Source: the human T2T-CHM13v2.0 reference genome, Homo sapiens. Taken from it: a stretch of DNA of 64,000 nucleotides. A program made the position numbers and the translations under genes. Position 1 is the stretch's first letter; each line of letters opens with the position of its first letter. The stretch lies in NCBI RefSeq assembly GCF_009914755.1, contig NC_060945.1. One strand, written 5' to 3'. Below the pieces are notes generated by a model. The model worked only from the letters and a program-made list of their open reading frames with translations. It was not told where the DNA came from and searched no databases. Shown here piece by piece: positions 37,912-51,943 of the stretch.

Positions 37912-39894
37912 GAAGTCAAACTCATGGAAATAGAGAACAGAATGATGGTTGCCAGGGGCTGGGTTTATGAGTGGGGTGGATGGGGAGATGTTGGTCAAAA
38001 GTTATAAACTTTCGGTTACAAGGTAAGTTCTGGCAATCTAACTTACAGCATGATGACTGTAATTAGTAACAATGTATCATATACTTGAATTTTGAGTCTT
38101 ATAGATCTTAAGTGTTCTCATCACTCACACATATAAATGATAATTATGTGAAGTGATGAATGTGTTAATTAGCTCGATTATAGTCCTCATTTTAAAATGT
38201 ATGTTTATATATATATAAAGTGTATATTATATACTATAACATATATATCTCAAATCATCACATTTTATACTTTAAATATACCTTTGTCAGTTATACCTCA
38301 ATAAAATCAGAAAACATCATTATTCTATAAAATCCATAGAACTGTAAAATACCAAATACATCTATTTTCACCTTTTTTCATATTTGATACACTTACCAAT
38401 CATATTCTTATAATATTAGGTGTATTATTAACATTTTTGTGAAGTTGTTTAAGGTTGGAATACATAAATTCAGCCAATATCAAGGAATTGATTTTTGAAA
38501 TATCTTTAAGATCCATTATACATTTTGTCGGATGTAGTTTAAGTAACATTTTCGCATTCAATAAAATTTACCTATATTCAACCTTTTATTTATCAATGAA
38601 AATATTCAGCATTAGAAGTACTTTGACATAAGTAACACATGCTGAATCAGTTTATTTTGAATGTAAATTCTTTGTAAGTATGGGTAGAGACATCACATTA
38701 AAAGGAAAAAAGCTTATGTTTTCTACTCTATTAAAAAGAAATCTGGTCTATTAGATTGTTTTGCTGAGTAATAAAATATTCTCAGCATAGTTATCATTAC
38801 AATGCTGTTCCCAGAAGCTCTTCAAAATCTTAGGCAAAACAGATTTATAAAGGTGGCTTTTAAGATAAGTCAGCATTTTTTACTTAACTACAACTCAAGT
38901 TATCAACACAGCCTGGGCACACAGTTTTACTCTTAGGCATTTATTTAGATCCTTCAAATCACTTACAGTGCTTGTTTTAATCCATACACTTCTTTGGTCC
39001 TAAACATTTGTATTAAAATACAAACAGCTAGAGGATTCATAAAATGTACTGTGAAAAGCAGAAAACCAGTTCTGAGATAAGAAGAGTTTCTCAATTTAAA
39101 TATGCTATACAATTTTAGTTAAAATTCTGTCTTTGTGAGTCACTGTGAAAAATCAGCCATAAAAACAAATTTTCCCTTTTACTTCAGATGTGTTTATGTA
39201 AAATATTTTAATAAGGAAAAATAATATCTTTGTAGGTTTACTGATATACTTTCAAACCATCACAAAATGAAAAAGAAAAAGTTCAGAATTTTAATCACAA
39301 TTGTAAAATGAAGAATGCTTTAATAATGCAAACTGAATTATTATTTACCAATGAATTCTGTCAGGTTATTTCATCAACCTCTCTACTCACATTTGATGAA
39401 AAGACTGCATTTTAAAAACTGATAAAACTACTTGGAATAGTTTGACAGCGTTTGGGTTATTTGAACAAAGAAAGATTAAATAATGTATTACCTGAGCTCC
39501 TATTGAGGATAATTAGTGTTTTCATTAAAAACTAAAGTAACAAAGAAAGTGAAATTTTAAGTTATTTTCTGTCATATTCTTATAAGGAAATAAAAGTTCA
39601 TTTCAGCTGGTGACTTGGCTCAGACACATAGCACTGTCATTGCCGTGTGTCCATCAACTATGAATAAAAATGCAATGAAGGATTTTCTAGTGGCATTTTA
39701 AAGCAAATATTCAAACAGTCCTTTTCTTGGATTGAAGATAATTTCTCCATAAACCTACAAATAAAGAGAATATAAAATTTTTAAAATGTTATTTTTGTCT
39801 CCAATACCTTTTCTCACAGCGTAATATTAGTGATGACTATTTCTTGTCTTTCCGCTAACAAGAGTTTGCAGAACTGGATGTTAGTATTTTGAAA

Positions 39895-39965
39895 TATTCA
39901 AGCTTTCTTCTTTGAAATGCACTAATGCAGTGCACTAATGCATTTCAAAGAAGAATGTTTGAATA
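39895..39965. repeat. Hairpin: 27-bp stem (2 mismatches), 17-nt loop
   Basis: tattcaagctttcttctttgaaatgca pairs with tgcatttcaaagaagaatgtttgaata. Confidence 0.92.
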
Positions 39966-40844
39966 CTTTATATATGTATTCATATATATATATGAAACTC
40001 ACTATTACTGCGAGACAATTACTCTTTTATTCTCTACTTTTCACAACTCTATACATATACATCATCTTTAAGAAATTATAGCATTAAGTCTGATGTATAC
40101 ACTGTTTCAAGCTGTGCACTGGCCAAATACACTGAGTGACACATAAGAGCTTAAATCCAACTTGTGTTCTTCACTACATAATGAAAAGAGGGATGGGGCT
40201 GTTTGCACCTGCAAGAAGGGAAATGTATTTTAATTTATATGAGGTTCCATATGGGCTACTCATGTACAAGTACAATATCATACATACTTTTAAAACTAAT
40301 AGACTGCAAACCACATATGAAATTTCCTTTATTTTCATATTTTATATTTACATTGAAATTGAAGACTTGATTCTGCCTTTGATTACATTTGAATTTTCAG
40401 CTCTTGGACCCATAGTAAAAAACTGAAATTGCATAAGAATATAACTAGTACTTTACCAGTTTTAAAAGATCGCCATATTCTGAACCCACTGGGAAAGAAT
40501 CACTTCCCAGAGCTTCCCAATTATGTGCCTATAGATCTGAACACCTCTATTTAACCCAAGAACTCATAGACTTTTCCATAATAAAGCTACAAAGGGATCA
40601 ATTCATAGCTCAATAGGGTGCTTATAGGATCCTACTGAAGCTGAGAGTGGTGTATATTCTGATTATGTTATTCTATTCTAAATAACAACCTGGCTAAAAG
40701 ATTAGGAAAAAAAATTATTTTTTTAAATTTAAATTTCTAAATTAAACTTACATTTAAATTTTTATTTGTATGTTTCTAGAAACACCCTAACTTTATTTAG
40801 CGCACTCCATTCACACTGGAATTTTTTTTTCTACGTGCGTTTTT

Positions 40845-41455
40845 TTTTGTTTGGTTAATTAATTGACAAATTGATATTGTATATATTTATGGTGGGCAAT
40901 GTAAAACTTTGATATATATATATATATATACGTTGTAGAATAATTGTCGAGCTAGTTAACATATTCATCACCTCACATATAGATAATTTGGGGGGAGGGT
41001 AAAATGATTTACAAATCTACTCTCAGCAATTTTCAAGTATACGATACATTATTGTTAACTGTAGTCACCACACTGTTAAATAAATTTCCCATACTTATGC
41101 CTCCTAACTGAAACTATGCACCCTTTCACAGCATCATCTCCTCATATTTCCATCCTCAACCCCCAGCTCCTGATAACCACCATTCTACTTTTTACTTCTC
41201 TGAGTTTGAATATTTCCAATTCCACAAAAAAGTGAGATCATGCAATATTTATCTTTCTGTGCTTGGCTTATCTCCCTTAGCATCGTGTCCTCTAGGTTCA
41301 TTCACATCGTCACAAATGAGAGGGTTTTCTTCTTTTAGACTGAACACTATTGTGTCGTGCATATATGCCACATTTCTTTTGTCTTTTCATCTGCTGATGG
41401 ACACTTATGCCATATGTTGGTTGTTATGAATGATGCTGAAATGAGCATGGGAAAT
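40845..41455 (-). mobile_element. L1MA-type 3' end
   Basis: aaatctactctcagcaattttcaagtatacgatacattattgttaactgtagtcacca...aagtgagatcatgcaatatttatctttctgtg. Confidence 0.82.
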
Positions 41456-43769
41456 GTCCCCGAAAGTCCGTGTGTCAGTACCCTTTTTATTTAAAATTAC
41501 TCCGTTTCCATGTGTGTTTTCAAAAAGCAATACCAAGGGGCACACTTTTCAAAATGCAGCATTTGCTTTTTGTTTCATTTCCTAAACTTGAAATTTTTTA
41601 AATTATAGTGTTTATATTTTAGGATTTTCTATAACTATTCATTGACATAATGTGGGATTTTGCTATTTATACTACTTTGTAGATTTGACAAATCTCCTTC
41701 CCATTCTTAGTGAACAACAACAAAAATATATAGTGGAGAGCTGTAAATCTTGCATTACATTTTCTTTTTTTTTCTTAAATATAATTTTTAAAAATTCAAT
41801 ACAATTAAAATTTTGAGATTTTTTTGAAATTTTGAGAACGTTGTAATTTTTGTGATCTAATAATTTCTTCTCAGCAAGAGCATCATATAGTACAGTTCCA
41901 AAGATTTTGAACTTCATCATTGTCTTTTTTTAAAAAAAAGTTTTTAATGGCATATTTGATATGCATTTAATGTGTATAATGCATATTTTAAAAATTATGT
42001 AGCTGTTATTACTCTAGGATGGGAAACTCTCAGATATTATGTGAATTTATGTTTTTAAATGCTGAAACCCTTAAAAGTATTTCAGATGTTACAGTGTTCT
42101 TATTAAAACTGTCATACAATGTCATAGAGAAAAACAATGAGGCATTTTTTCTTTATCTTCTTCCTCTTAATAGTTTAGTAATCAAGATAAACTGATGCAT
42201 CTTTGTGAGCCTCCATTCCACTGACGTAAAATACAAAAAAAAAAACAGTTATTGTAAATGTTTAATGAAATACTCTCTGTAAATATAGTTTATACATTGA
42301 AAAGAACTATAAAAATGGAAATTATACACACATGTGCATGTATGAACACACTTATATGTTATAGATATATGCATATATACTCACTAAATTAGTGACAGTT
42401 TAGAAACTTACTTGTGTGCAAAATTCAACAAAATGTCAGAATATTATTGTTTTTGTTTAAAGCCATTTGAAAACCTTCAAAACAAAGAAGAGCTGCAAAG
42501 TATTTTTCAGATTTTGATATGTGAGGAATTTGACTTAGTTTTTCCGGACAGATGCTGAAAACATTGAAAATATATTAAGACTTCTCCTATCTAATCAGAG
42601 ACTGAGAATAAATAAAGAGAATTTTGATTTTGATCCCATATAATTTGTTGCACATTTCAGAAAGTCCTGGAAAATGCAAATAATATGTATATATTTTTAA
42701 AGCATTTTCTTTAGTTAAAGAAAAATGGTTTCCTTCTGTGATTATGAGACTTATATGTTAATTCTTACACAGGTCAAAGCCATAAACCATGGTCTTATCC
42801 ATAATGTAGGAAACAATGATTAGATTACAAAGTATCACCAAAGGATGCATGGTTATGAATTTCCATTTAGGAAAAGAAAGCATTACAGTACTCATGTTAA
42901 TAGTTCTTTTTACCTTTAATCTATTCTGTTATTCTCATCATCATATCTCATGTACTCAACAAAAGTGAAATGGAATGAAAAGTCCTTTGCTTTCTTAATG
43001 CTGGCCTAAAAGCCCTAACACTTAGATTTGCAATACAATTTAAATATGTATACAAGTGTCTTTGTTTCATTTTTTAGTATATGATACATGACCATCCATT
43101 TATTGATGTGACAACTGTGTCTGAAACATTTAGGTTGCTGAAAAAAATTCTACTAAAAAAGTATCTTAAATAGCATTGAGTCTACTGTTGTATCAAATAA
43201 CATTCCATGTATTAGTAACTAAGAGCCAGAATCACAGCTCTGTGGCATTAAGGATCCAGAGTCCTTTTTATGTTTATCTTTGATATCTGTGGGTTTTGTC
43301 TTTTTTAAAATTATGTTCATAAAGACTCTTCACCGGTGTACATTCCTGCCAACAAGAATGGAATAAAGAGAAAAAATAATGTTGTTTTTTTTTTAAAAAA
43401 AAAGGTCAGAAAACATAATTGCCTACACCACCTCCACTTCGTCCTGCTAGCCATATCCATAATCTACTGTCAGGACAGTCTTTACATGAATATTCATATG
43501 TCCAGCCCCAGCTAGCAACTCTATTGCCATAGAAGAATGCGCCAAAAATGCAAAATAACTTGCCATCTCTGTCAAAGTGTTGAACACAATCTAAAATCTA
43601 GGGTTGCTCTGAATTTCTGATAGTCTGTTAGTGTTGATTGTTATACTACAGTCTCAATAAAAATGGAATCTATGTGTTTTCATGCCCAGAATTGTTGTAT
43701 GCATATACGTTGAAAGAAAAATGAATTTACAGTGACCCTACTTAGCTTCAGCTGTTTTCATTCAAACAA

Positions 43770-43985
43770 GTATGTGTGTGTGTATATATATAAAATATAT
43801 AATATATAATAATATATAATATATATTATATAATTATATATAATTATATAATATATAATAAAATTATATATAATAATATAATATATTTATATAAATATAT
43901 AATATATATAATATGTATATATAATTATATTATATATTATATATAACATATATATAATGTAATATATTATATATGTGTGTATATG
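43770..43985. repeat. AT-rich (TA)n-like low-complexity tract
   Basis: About 200 bp, almost entirely A/T. Confidence 0.9.
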
Positions 43986-45481
43986 TAGCATTCAATAGGT
44001 ACATATGCAGATATAAAAAATTTATCCATATGATGCATAATTAATGACTCAAATTTAAACAAAACTTGCATGTGAGATATCTAGTATCATTAAAAGTGAT
44101 TCAGAATAAGCAGAACTCTTAGAAAGATCAAGTTGCTCTTCTCTATCACAAAATATGTATCTACCACAAAATATTGAATCATGTTAAGGGCTAATAAAAG
44201 CAGACTCTTCTTGTATCCATTCTCGGCCATTGCAGAATTTTAACATATATATTTTTAAACTTTACGTTTTGTACTTTATTCCTGGTAATCTGATACCTCT
44301 TTTCAAGAAGATGTATTGATCCCATAGGGAAGTTTGTTGCTTTAGGAAGGATGCTCAAAAAAGTAGAAGGAAGGAAAAAGATCTCTTCCGGGAGACCTGA
44401 CAAAATCATTTAGGTAACATTTGTGTTATTGGACACTTCTAGTAGCATCTCTAATATACTATATACACGAATTCAATAGCAAACAGAAATGAAGCATATC
44501 AAATAAGGAGAAGAAAATCATATTAGGACAATGATGAGTGCTAATCTTTTGTTGTATTTTCAAAGTTTCTAACATTTACAAATGAAATTATATGAGTTGA
44601 CATTACTAAGAATTAAAATAGTGGATCATGAGGTGACTAAAATAAGTACAGCTGTTTCATTGCATTTTATTCTTCTTAATTTTGCTCCTGACTGGTCCCC
44701 ATGAAATGCTAGATGATTAACAAAATATTTAGATAGTTGAAGGAAGATATCACTTAAAAGCATTCTGCACAAGATTGCCGATCATTTCAAAAGGACAAAA
44801 TAGTGGAGAACGTAACACATACATTAATTGAAATGATTTTCGTGTGTGAGAATGGGAGCATACTAAAGAAATAAAACAAATCTTGGCAGAATTTCCACTT
44901 ATGTTACTCTCTGTCTTTACTCCTATATAAATAAGAAAGATTGTAAAGAAACAAAAAAACCTCTTGAACCGTCTGAAATCTTGCCAATTTTTTTGGAACA
45001 CTAATGAATCTTGGAAATCTTATCATTCAAAATATAGCTGTACTACTTAGCAGGTCATCAATAGACATTTTTTTTTTTCTCTCTGTATTCTGAGGCCACA
45101 CAGGCTTTCTCCTTTTTGTTTTCCTTTCAATCTAAACTCTGCATAACACTTTCTCTACAAAACCCTTCCTTTCTGTTGAGGTTAATATGGCTTGTGTGTG
45201 GCTTAGGGTAGATATCATATTGCCTTAGGGGTGCTCCACCATCTCACACTGTTAATTCCAATTCCCCATGTTGTTTGGTCAGATACTATGAGTTGGCTCA
45301 TGAAGAATGAACTTTCAATTCCTTTCTCAGTATCTTTTCCCTATCATAGAGGTTTAGAAGTGAAAAACATAATTTCTTTCTTTTAATAAGGGTCTCCATG
45401 TCACCTATTTCTGCCGAATGAAACACAGTGTAAAATCTAACAAGGTTTTTTGAGAAAAACTTGTTGTTTGAAAAAGGCATC

Positions 45482-46029
45482 TATGTTGAATTTTATGAGT
45501 CAACTTGACGGGGCTGAGGGACGCCCAGATAGCTGCTAAAACATTACTTCTGAGTGTCTCTGTGACGGTGTTTCTAAAAGAGATGGACATTTGGGTTGGC
45601 AGACTGAATAAAAAAGATCACTCTTCCTAGTGTGGATGAGCATTATCCAATTGGTTGAGGGCTGGAATAGAACAAAGAGGCAGAGGAAGGCTGAATTCAC
45701 TCTCACTTTCTGAGTTGGAACATCATCTTCTGCCCTCAGACATTGAAGCTCCTGGTTCTTGGCCCTTTAGATACTAGGATTTACACCAGTATCCCCCACC
45801 CAATTTCCAACTTTCAGGCCTTCAGACTGGGAATTATACCACAAGCTCTCCTGGTTCTCAGGCCTTTGGACTGAATTACAACACCGGCTTTCCTGGTTCC
45901 CCAGCTTACGTACTTCTCAGCCTCCAAGGTTATGTAAGTCAATTACTATAGTAAATCATATGTATGAATTCACAGAATGAGACATATTTATAGGTCCTTT
46001 TGGTTCTGTTTCTGTGGAGAACTTAATAC
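45482..46029 (+). mobile_element. MLT2B/C/D-type ERVL LTR
   Basis: aattttatgagtcaacttgac...cccagatagctg...aatagaacaaagaggcagaggaagg...ggttctgtttctgtggagaac. Confidence 0.82.
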
Positions 46030-46824
46030 AATATCACTACTTCCTAATTTTTCTTCGTCTTGCCTGAAATGCAAACACAATGACAGAGGAAGAGCAACTG
46101 AAGATATTTCTAAGACATACATTCTCTCCGTTTGAGTCAAGAGTTCTCCATAATGCAGTCATTTATGGCTATGGTTTAGGCTGACATACTACATATGATG
46201 TCTTAACTAAACGCTGGTCAGAAAAGGAAATGTTATGAGTAGAGAAGAAATGATGAGTAATACTAATAAGGCTCAAAGTCTATGATCACATTTCTTTGAT
46301 CTCTGTGAATACTGTTGACAGTTTATTAATTTACAAATGATAAACATTTTATCCATCAAGTAAGACTGCAAATGTTATTGGGAAAAAGTCTCATTTTTAA
46401 AGAGAAAGTATGACAAAATAAAAAAAGAAATTTATGAGAAAATTAAATATTTTATATTTCAATGTAAATGTTAAGTATCACAAAGCGTTAATCTTGCAGG
46501 TGCAAAAAGAAAAGTCATCACAATGTTAATACATTAAAATTTTTTGGACAAATGTAATTTATTAGATTCCAAAAAAATAATTCTTTCATGTATTTAAAAT
46601 TTACTAAGAACTGACAATAACCCATTCACTGTGCTCATTGACTTGGTCCTTGCCTTGAAGGAGTTCAATTTCTTAAAAGAAACACAAAATATATTAGGTA
46701 AGTGTTTTACTAATATTATGGTTTCTCACTGTAAAGCAATTCAGTCTATCTGCATATCAAAAAAATTTCCCCCCAAAATTATACATTAGTATTGGCTTCC
46801 TAAGATGTTAAGAATTCTCAGACA

Positions 46825-47095
46825 TAGAATTATCAGGGGAGAGAGGGTGAGCAAAAGCATTCAGGCAAACGCAATAACATGAACAAGGTTTAGTGACCTG
46901 AAGTTACTCCATGTGTTAAAAACTGATATTGAATATATACAACTCCATAGCTAAAAGTTAGGGGCATGGCCAAAGATGAACTTGGAAAATTATGCCAGTG
47001 CTGGATTGTGGAAGTACTTGAAGATCATGCTGAAGGGTTTAATTAAGTCTTTTACTGCTGGCAGTGGGGAGCATTAGAGACTAAAAATTGCAAGA
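46825..47095 (-). mobile_element. L2 fragment
   Basis: gcattcaggcaaa...ggattgtggaagtacttgaagatcatgctgaagggttt...gcagtggggagcatt. Confidence 0.5.
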
Positions 47096-47129
47096 GACAT
47101 AAATATATCGAAGCTTTTGGAAAGGCACT

Positions 47130-47655
47130 ATAGTAGTCAGTTGCTTATGTGCTCTCAGATCCACTCACTGCCCCAGCCCAGTCCTGCTTGGCATAACATC
47201 TGGAGTGGCACACATTTCCCAGGTTCCCTTGCCTATTTATTGCCTTCTGGGGAGGGTCAACCAATAGGAGGCACAAAAGAAGATTCAGAGATAGAAGGAC
47301 ATTTGAAAGTTGGGTGTTTCTCACACATTTCTCTCTGACAGTCTCTGGCAGAAGCTGCATCTTCTCTACATCTCCAGCTCCCATACAACCACACCATGTT
47401 TCCATTGTCCCAGCTCCCTTCAAGCTGATTTGCTACAATCCCACATGCTCTAGGAACCCCCGAAGTTGTTATCACCACATTTTCCTATGTTTATTCAGTC
47501 CTATGAGTGATAGTAACCTCCTGTATTTGTTGGAATTGAAGTTTCTTCATTTTTGCATTTTCTTCTTATGAAAATTAGGAATTTATTTTCCATATTAAAT
47601 TCTCTCTATTGAATTACATGGCTTGAATTTGGGTACCTAGTTGTACTCTGGCAAG
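47130..47655 (+). mobile_element. LTR33-like ancient LTR
   Basis: catttcccaggttcccttgcc...ccaataggaggcac...attaaattctctct. Confidence 0.5.
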
Positions 47656-50342
47656 CAGAAAATTAAGACAGCTTTGAAAAAAAATAGAGTTAAAAGTATG
47701 TTTCATCTCTTTATATGCTTTTGAATGAGCAGTGTAATAAGCAACTTCATATATTAAGTTGTCATCATGAGAATGACCTCAAAGTTGAACTGGACCATTA
47801 ACTGGACCAAAGTTGTTTTTATTTTTGTTGTTGTTTTTTTTTAAAAAAAAGAAGAATTTTTCTTTTTTGTTTTGCCAATCTCTCCATTAAAGCCTCTGCA
47901 CAGCTTAACTTATGATTTTAATATTACCTGGTGCTCTTTGAAAATGTCAATACAAACAACCAAAATAGGGCTATCTTATTTTCCTGTTTTCTTCTTTGTA
48001 TGTCTTTCTTTTTCACATCAGTCTTCTTTTTAAAGACATTAAAAATTTAATGGCTCAATGGTTAAAACAGACAAGTACTTCAAGCTTACCTGGCTTCATT
48101 TTCAAGACAAAAATGTTTGTCCCAGTTGCTATGCAGGTGTAACATAAACACATCAAGAGTAACAACATACTGTGTTTAACTTTTAAGTCGTTGTTGTCAC
48201 CACTATATTTATAACGTGAATTTAGTAACTTTACCACAGAGATAGCAGGTGAGGTTGATAGAAAACAGGAAGGAACTGATTTGTCCTAAGTTAGATAATA
48301 CAATTTATTTAAAAATAGCAGTTGTAATCATTTTATTTAACTTTTAACAAATAAAATAGAAGCTCATTCATAAACATTTCAGATATACAAAAGCATTAAT
48401 ATTTAATCTTATCTTTGAAATATCGTATTTGACTTCTCTGGAATTCAGTATTTTTTAGATAAATTGGGAGATGAACCTTATACTTAGAAATACTTTAAAG
48501 GTCTTTAGAAATAAAAATGGTTCTGTTCTTAGTCAATAACATATCTCCCTTTATATTATATAAATGAAGAAGTTTCAATGTAAGACCAATGTAAAGTTTG
48601 CTTGGATAGATAGGTGGGTAAATAAGTACATTTATCTTCATTAAACTTTCTCTAATTGTTTAAGGTAAAAGTATATTTTTAAAAGCATTCTAACAATTTA
48701 TTTTATTTCTAAAACAATACTAATCCTGGAGCACATAATAGAACATTGTAAATTTTAATAAGATGTCCTTCAGATTTCTGAGTTTGTCAGTTAAGTTGAA
48801 GACTCCCTTTGAAAAAAATACTTAAATGTTCCAAATATTCCCAAACATTTCCTCAATGCATGTCATCAAAAATAGCTACAATGTTTGGTTGGATAGTGTC
48901 TCAAGCCCATGACTTCTCATTGAAACTCTGATGGTTATACGTGATTATGGTAGTGTTGACTCACCCTCAGAGCTACTTACATTTTAAGTTTTACCTTTTT
49001 CAATAATAATAATGAAATAATGTTGATATATAATCACCATGTTCCACGTTTCATGGTTTAGCAAAATACATGGACAGAGAAAAAGTAAAGTTTGGCCAAT
49101 ATAACTTGGCTATAAAAGTCAGGCAGAGGTTCCTGTTTTCAGTAATCTAAGTAAATGGTCCACCAATAAAATACAAAAACTGAACTGACATACTTTAAAT
49201 CACTACAATACTCAATAAACATAAAGACTCACTATAAATTGTTATGCACACATTTGTATTTGCATCTATTGTTTTCACACAAGTGGGTGTGTGCAATTTA
49301 CAGAACGTTTCGTTTCCCTTTCCAAATGAGTTTACTCTCTTTGCATTTTAAATGGAAAATACAAGCAGACTGAGTTCTTTTACCTTCCATGTAGACTATA
49401 AAGACATGCTGTTTCCTTTATTCCATCTACAGTAGTCCGTCCTGTTTTCAAACACTTTTTAACAAAAAGAAGTATCAGCATTAATTCATTCATTATTTCC
49501 AATATTAGTAATATTCATAGATTATTTCGATGATATAATCAAGTTGCCCTGGAATCTCCTCTCCTCAACTGATTGTGGAGTGACAGCCATATTTTTAACC
49601 ACAAAATATTTCAAATCATGGATTATTTTGTTTAAATATAAGAATTTTTCTAGGGGTCACTAGAGGAATCTGAGTAGCCTGATAAAGGTATATACCAAAA
49701 CAAGCAGCTGTTTGCACTCTGTAATTAATGAAGTATCATAATCTATTACTCACCAAGAACATTAGACCATGGATAATTTGCTCACTGCTCTATGCCTTGC
49801 AATATATAGTGCCTAATATAACATAGATGCTCAAGCACTGTTTTTGAGTTGATGTGTAAGATACTTCTCCCAATTTGTCTAATAGTAGAATTTATGAATG
49901 ACCAGGGTCAACATAGGTGGAGTCATAGAACCATAACTCCAATCCATGTGTGCTTACATATAATAAGATCTCAGTTACTTTTTCTTGAATGATCAGGAGA
50001 TTAAACATAAACATGGCAAGTTTATGGGCAAGTAACCCCAAATTACTTAGAAGGAGGAAAAATTCTCAAAGCTACTTAGTGAATTATTTGAAAACAAATA
50101 AGTGTTCAGAGAAGAATGTTTTTTAAAATTCATAGTCCAGTGTTCTTCGTTTATGTAACAGAAAGGCAATGTTCTCTTACTCTTCCAAACCATAGCATTA
50201 GAAAATCAAGTCTCATATAGTCACAATTTTTAAAAAATATGAGAGCTAAGATGAAACTTATCTCAAAAAAATTTTCTCAGTAAAGACAGGAACTTGCAAT
50301 ATTGTGGTACTTTTCTGTCACAAACATGTCTGGTCTTCAGCA

Positions 50343-51253
50343 CAGTCAATCCTCATTATAAGCAAATACATATTTGCAAATATGTCTACTCACTAAAATT
50401 TATTTGTAACCCTAAAATCAATAGTCACAGCGTGTTGCGGTCATTTGCAGATATGCATGAAATAGTGAAAAGTTTGATTCATTTGTCACTCTCCTCCCCA
50501 GCTGAGGTACAACAAGGCAATATTCTAGCTTCTTGTTTCATAACTCATAATGTAAATGTGCCTTTTTGTGAGATATTTGGTGCTACAGTTTTCACTTCTT
50601 TGGGGGGTGATTCCAGCTGTTTCAAAAGACCCCTAAACAACATTGGAGTGCTATGAAGTTTTTCTACGGGCAGGAAGACGGTGATGTGCCTTACAGAGAA
50701 ATTATGTGTTTAGTTAGGCTTCATTCAAGCATGAGTTAAGGTATTGGCTGTGAGTTCAATGTTAATTAATCAACAATATATATTAAGTAAGTTAACTTTA
50801 CAAAGAAATTTGTAAAAGAGGTTACGTACTGATCAGTTGATGAAATGTGACCAGAGGCTCCCAGGACCCCAAACTTGTATTTTCCTTGGGAACAATGATT
50901 CAGTATTCACTAATTCAGTGTTCATGGTGACTTTATAGAGCATAACAACCACAAACAATAAGATATGGCCGGACGTGGTGGCTCACGCCTGTAATCCCAG
51001 CACTTTGGGAGGCCGAGGTCAGGAGATCGAGACCATCCTGGCTAACACGGTGAAACCCCATCTTTACTAAAAATAGAAAAAATCAGCTAGGCGTGGTGGC
51101 GGGCACCTGTAGTCCCAGCTACTCAGGAGGCTGAGGCAGAGGAATGGTGTGAACCTGGGAGTCAGAGCTTGCAGTGAGTCGAGCACGCCACTGCACTCCA
51201 GCCTGGGCTACAGAGCGAGACTCCATCTCAAAAAAAAAAAAAAAAAGTGACTG
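50343..51253 (+). mobile_element. MER82 (TcMar-Tigger) with an AluY inserted near its right end
   Basis: cagtcaatcctcatta...ctaaaatttatttgtaaccc...gtgagttcaatgttaa...gactttatagagcataac. The terminal gactg followed by TA lies after the Alu. Confidence 0.85.
50967..51246 (+). mobile_element. AluY with a ~16-nt deletion in the left monomer
   Basis: gggaggccgaggtcaggagatcgagaccatcctggctaacacgg. The deletion lies between the two cgagg microhomologies. Confidence 0.9.
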
Positions 51254-51424
51254 TATATCTCTTTACTTCATCTTGTGACGTGTTTGGAATAACTGAGATC
51301 TCACCTCACCTACACACACTCACACACAAATATAAATGCATTCGCATATACTTACTGCAAGAATATGAATTTATTCTGTATTTTTACCTCAACTGTGTAT
51401 ATATTCACTATAAGAGGATTAATT

Positions 51425-51720
51425 GTCTGGCACAGTGGCTCATGTATGTAATCCTAGCACTTGAGGAGGCCAAGGCAAGAGAATGGCTTGAAGCCAGGAG
51501 TTCAAGACCAGCTTAAGCAACAATGTTGTGTTTTTTAATTAGCCAGGTGTGGTGATACATACCTGTAGTACTAACTACTCAGCAGGCTGAAGTGGGAGGA
51601 TCACTTGAGCCCAGGACTTCAAGGCTGCAGAGAGCTATGATCATGCCACTGCTCTCTAACCTGGGCAACAGAGACAGAGGGAAATCATGTCTCCAAAAAG
51701 AAAGAAGAAGAACAAGAAGA
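51425..51720 (+). mobile_element. AluJ
   Basis: Diverged Alu with ggaggatcacttgagcccagg and a GAA-rich tail. Confidence 0.85.
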
Positions 51721-51943
51721 TTAATAGCTACATAATTATTTCCTCTGGTAAAATTATTATCTTTGTCATAGCTATGCTACAGCATTTTAGGTACCACATG
51801 TAATCAATTCCAAATTACTAATGCTAGAGAGAAAAGGTAGACTATAGTGAATTGTTCCATCATTCTTACTGTAGAGAGCTATTGAGGCTTCCAATGAAAT
51901 GACTATGAGATCTTAGAGCAGCTAATAACATAAAAAAGGGGTA

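Larger units (their letters stand above)
34703..38310 (+). mobile_element. Old L1M (L1MA9-like): 5'UTR, start of ORF1, large internal deletion, end of ORF2 and 3'UTR
   Basis: GC-richer 5'UTR-like region and an ORF1-like start near 35830. At ~36290 it jumps abruptly to ORF2 ([36 protein letters not shown]). The 3'UTR ends atacctcaataaaa. Confidence 0.8.

Noticed and set aside
43785-43975. Second AT-rich tract as a PATRR
   Set aside because: I found only short (~20-bp) palindromes, as expected in TA-rich sequence.
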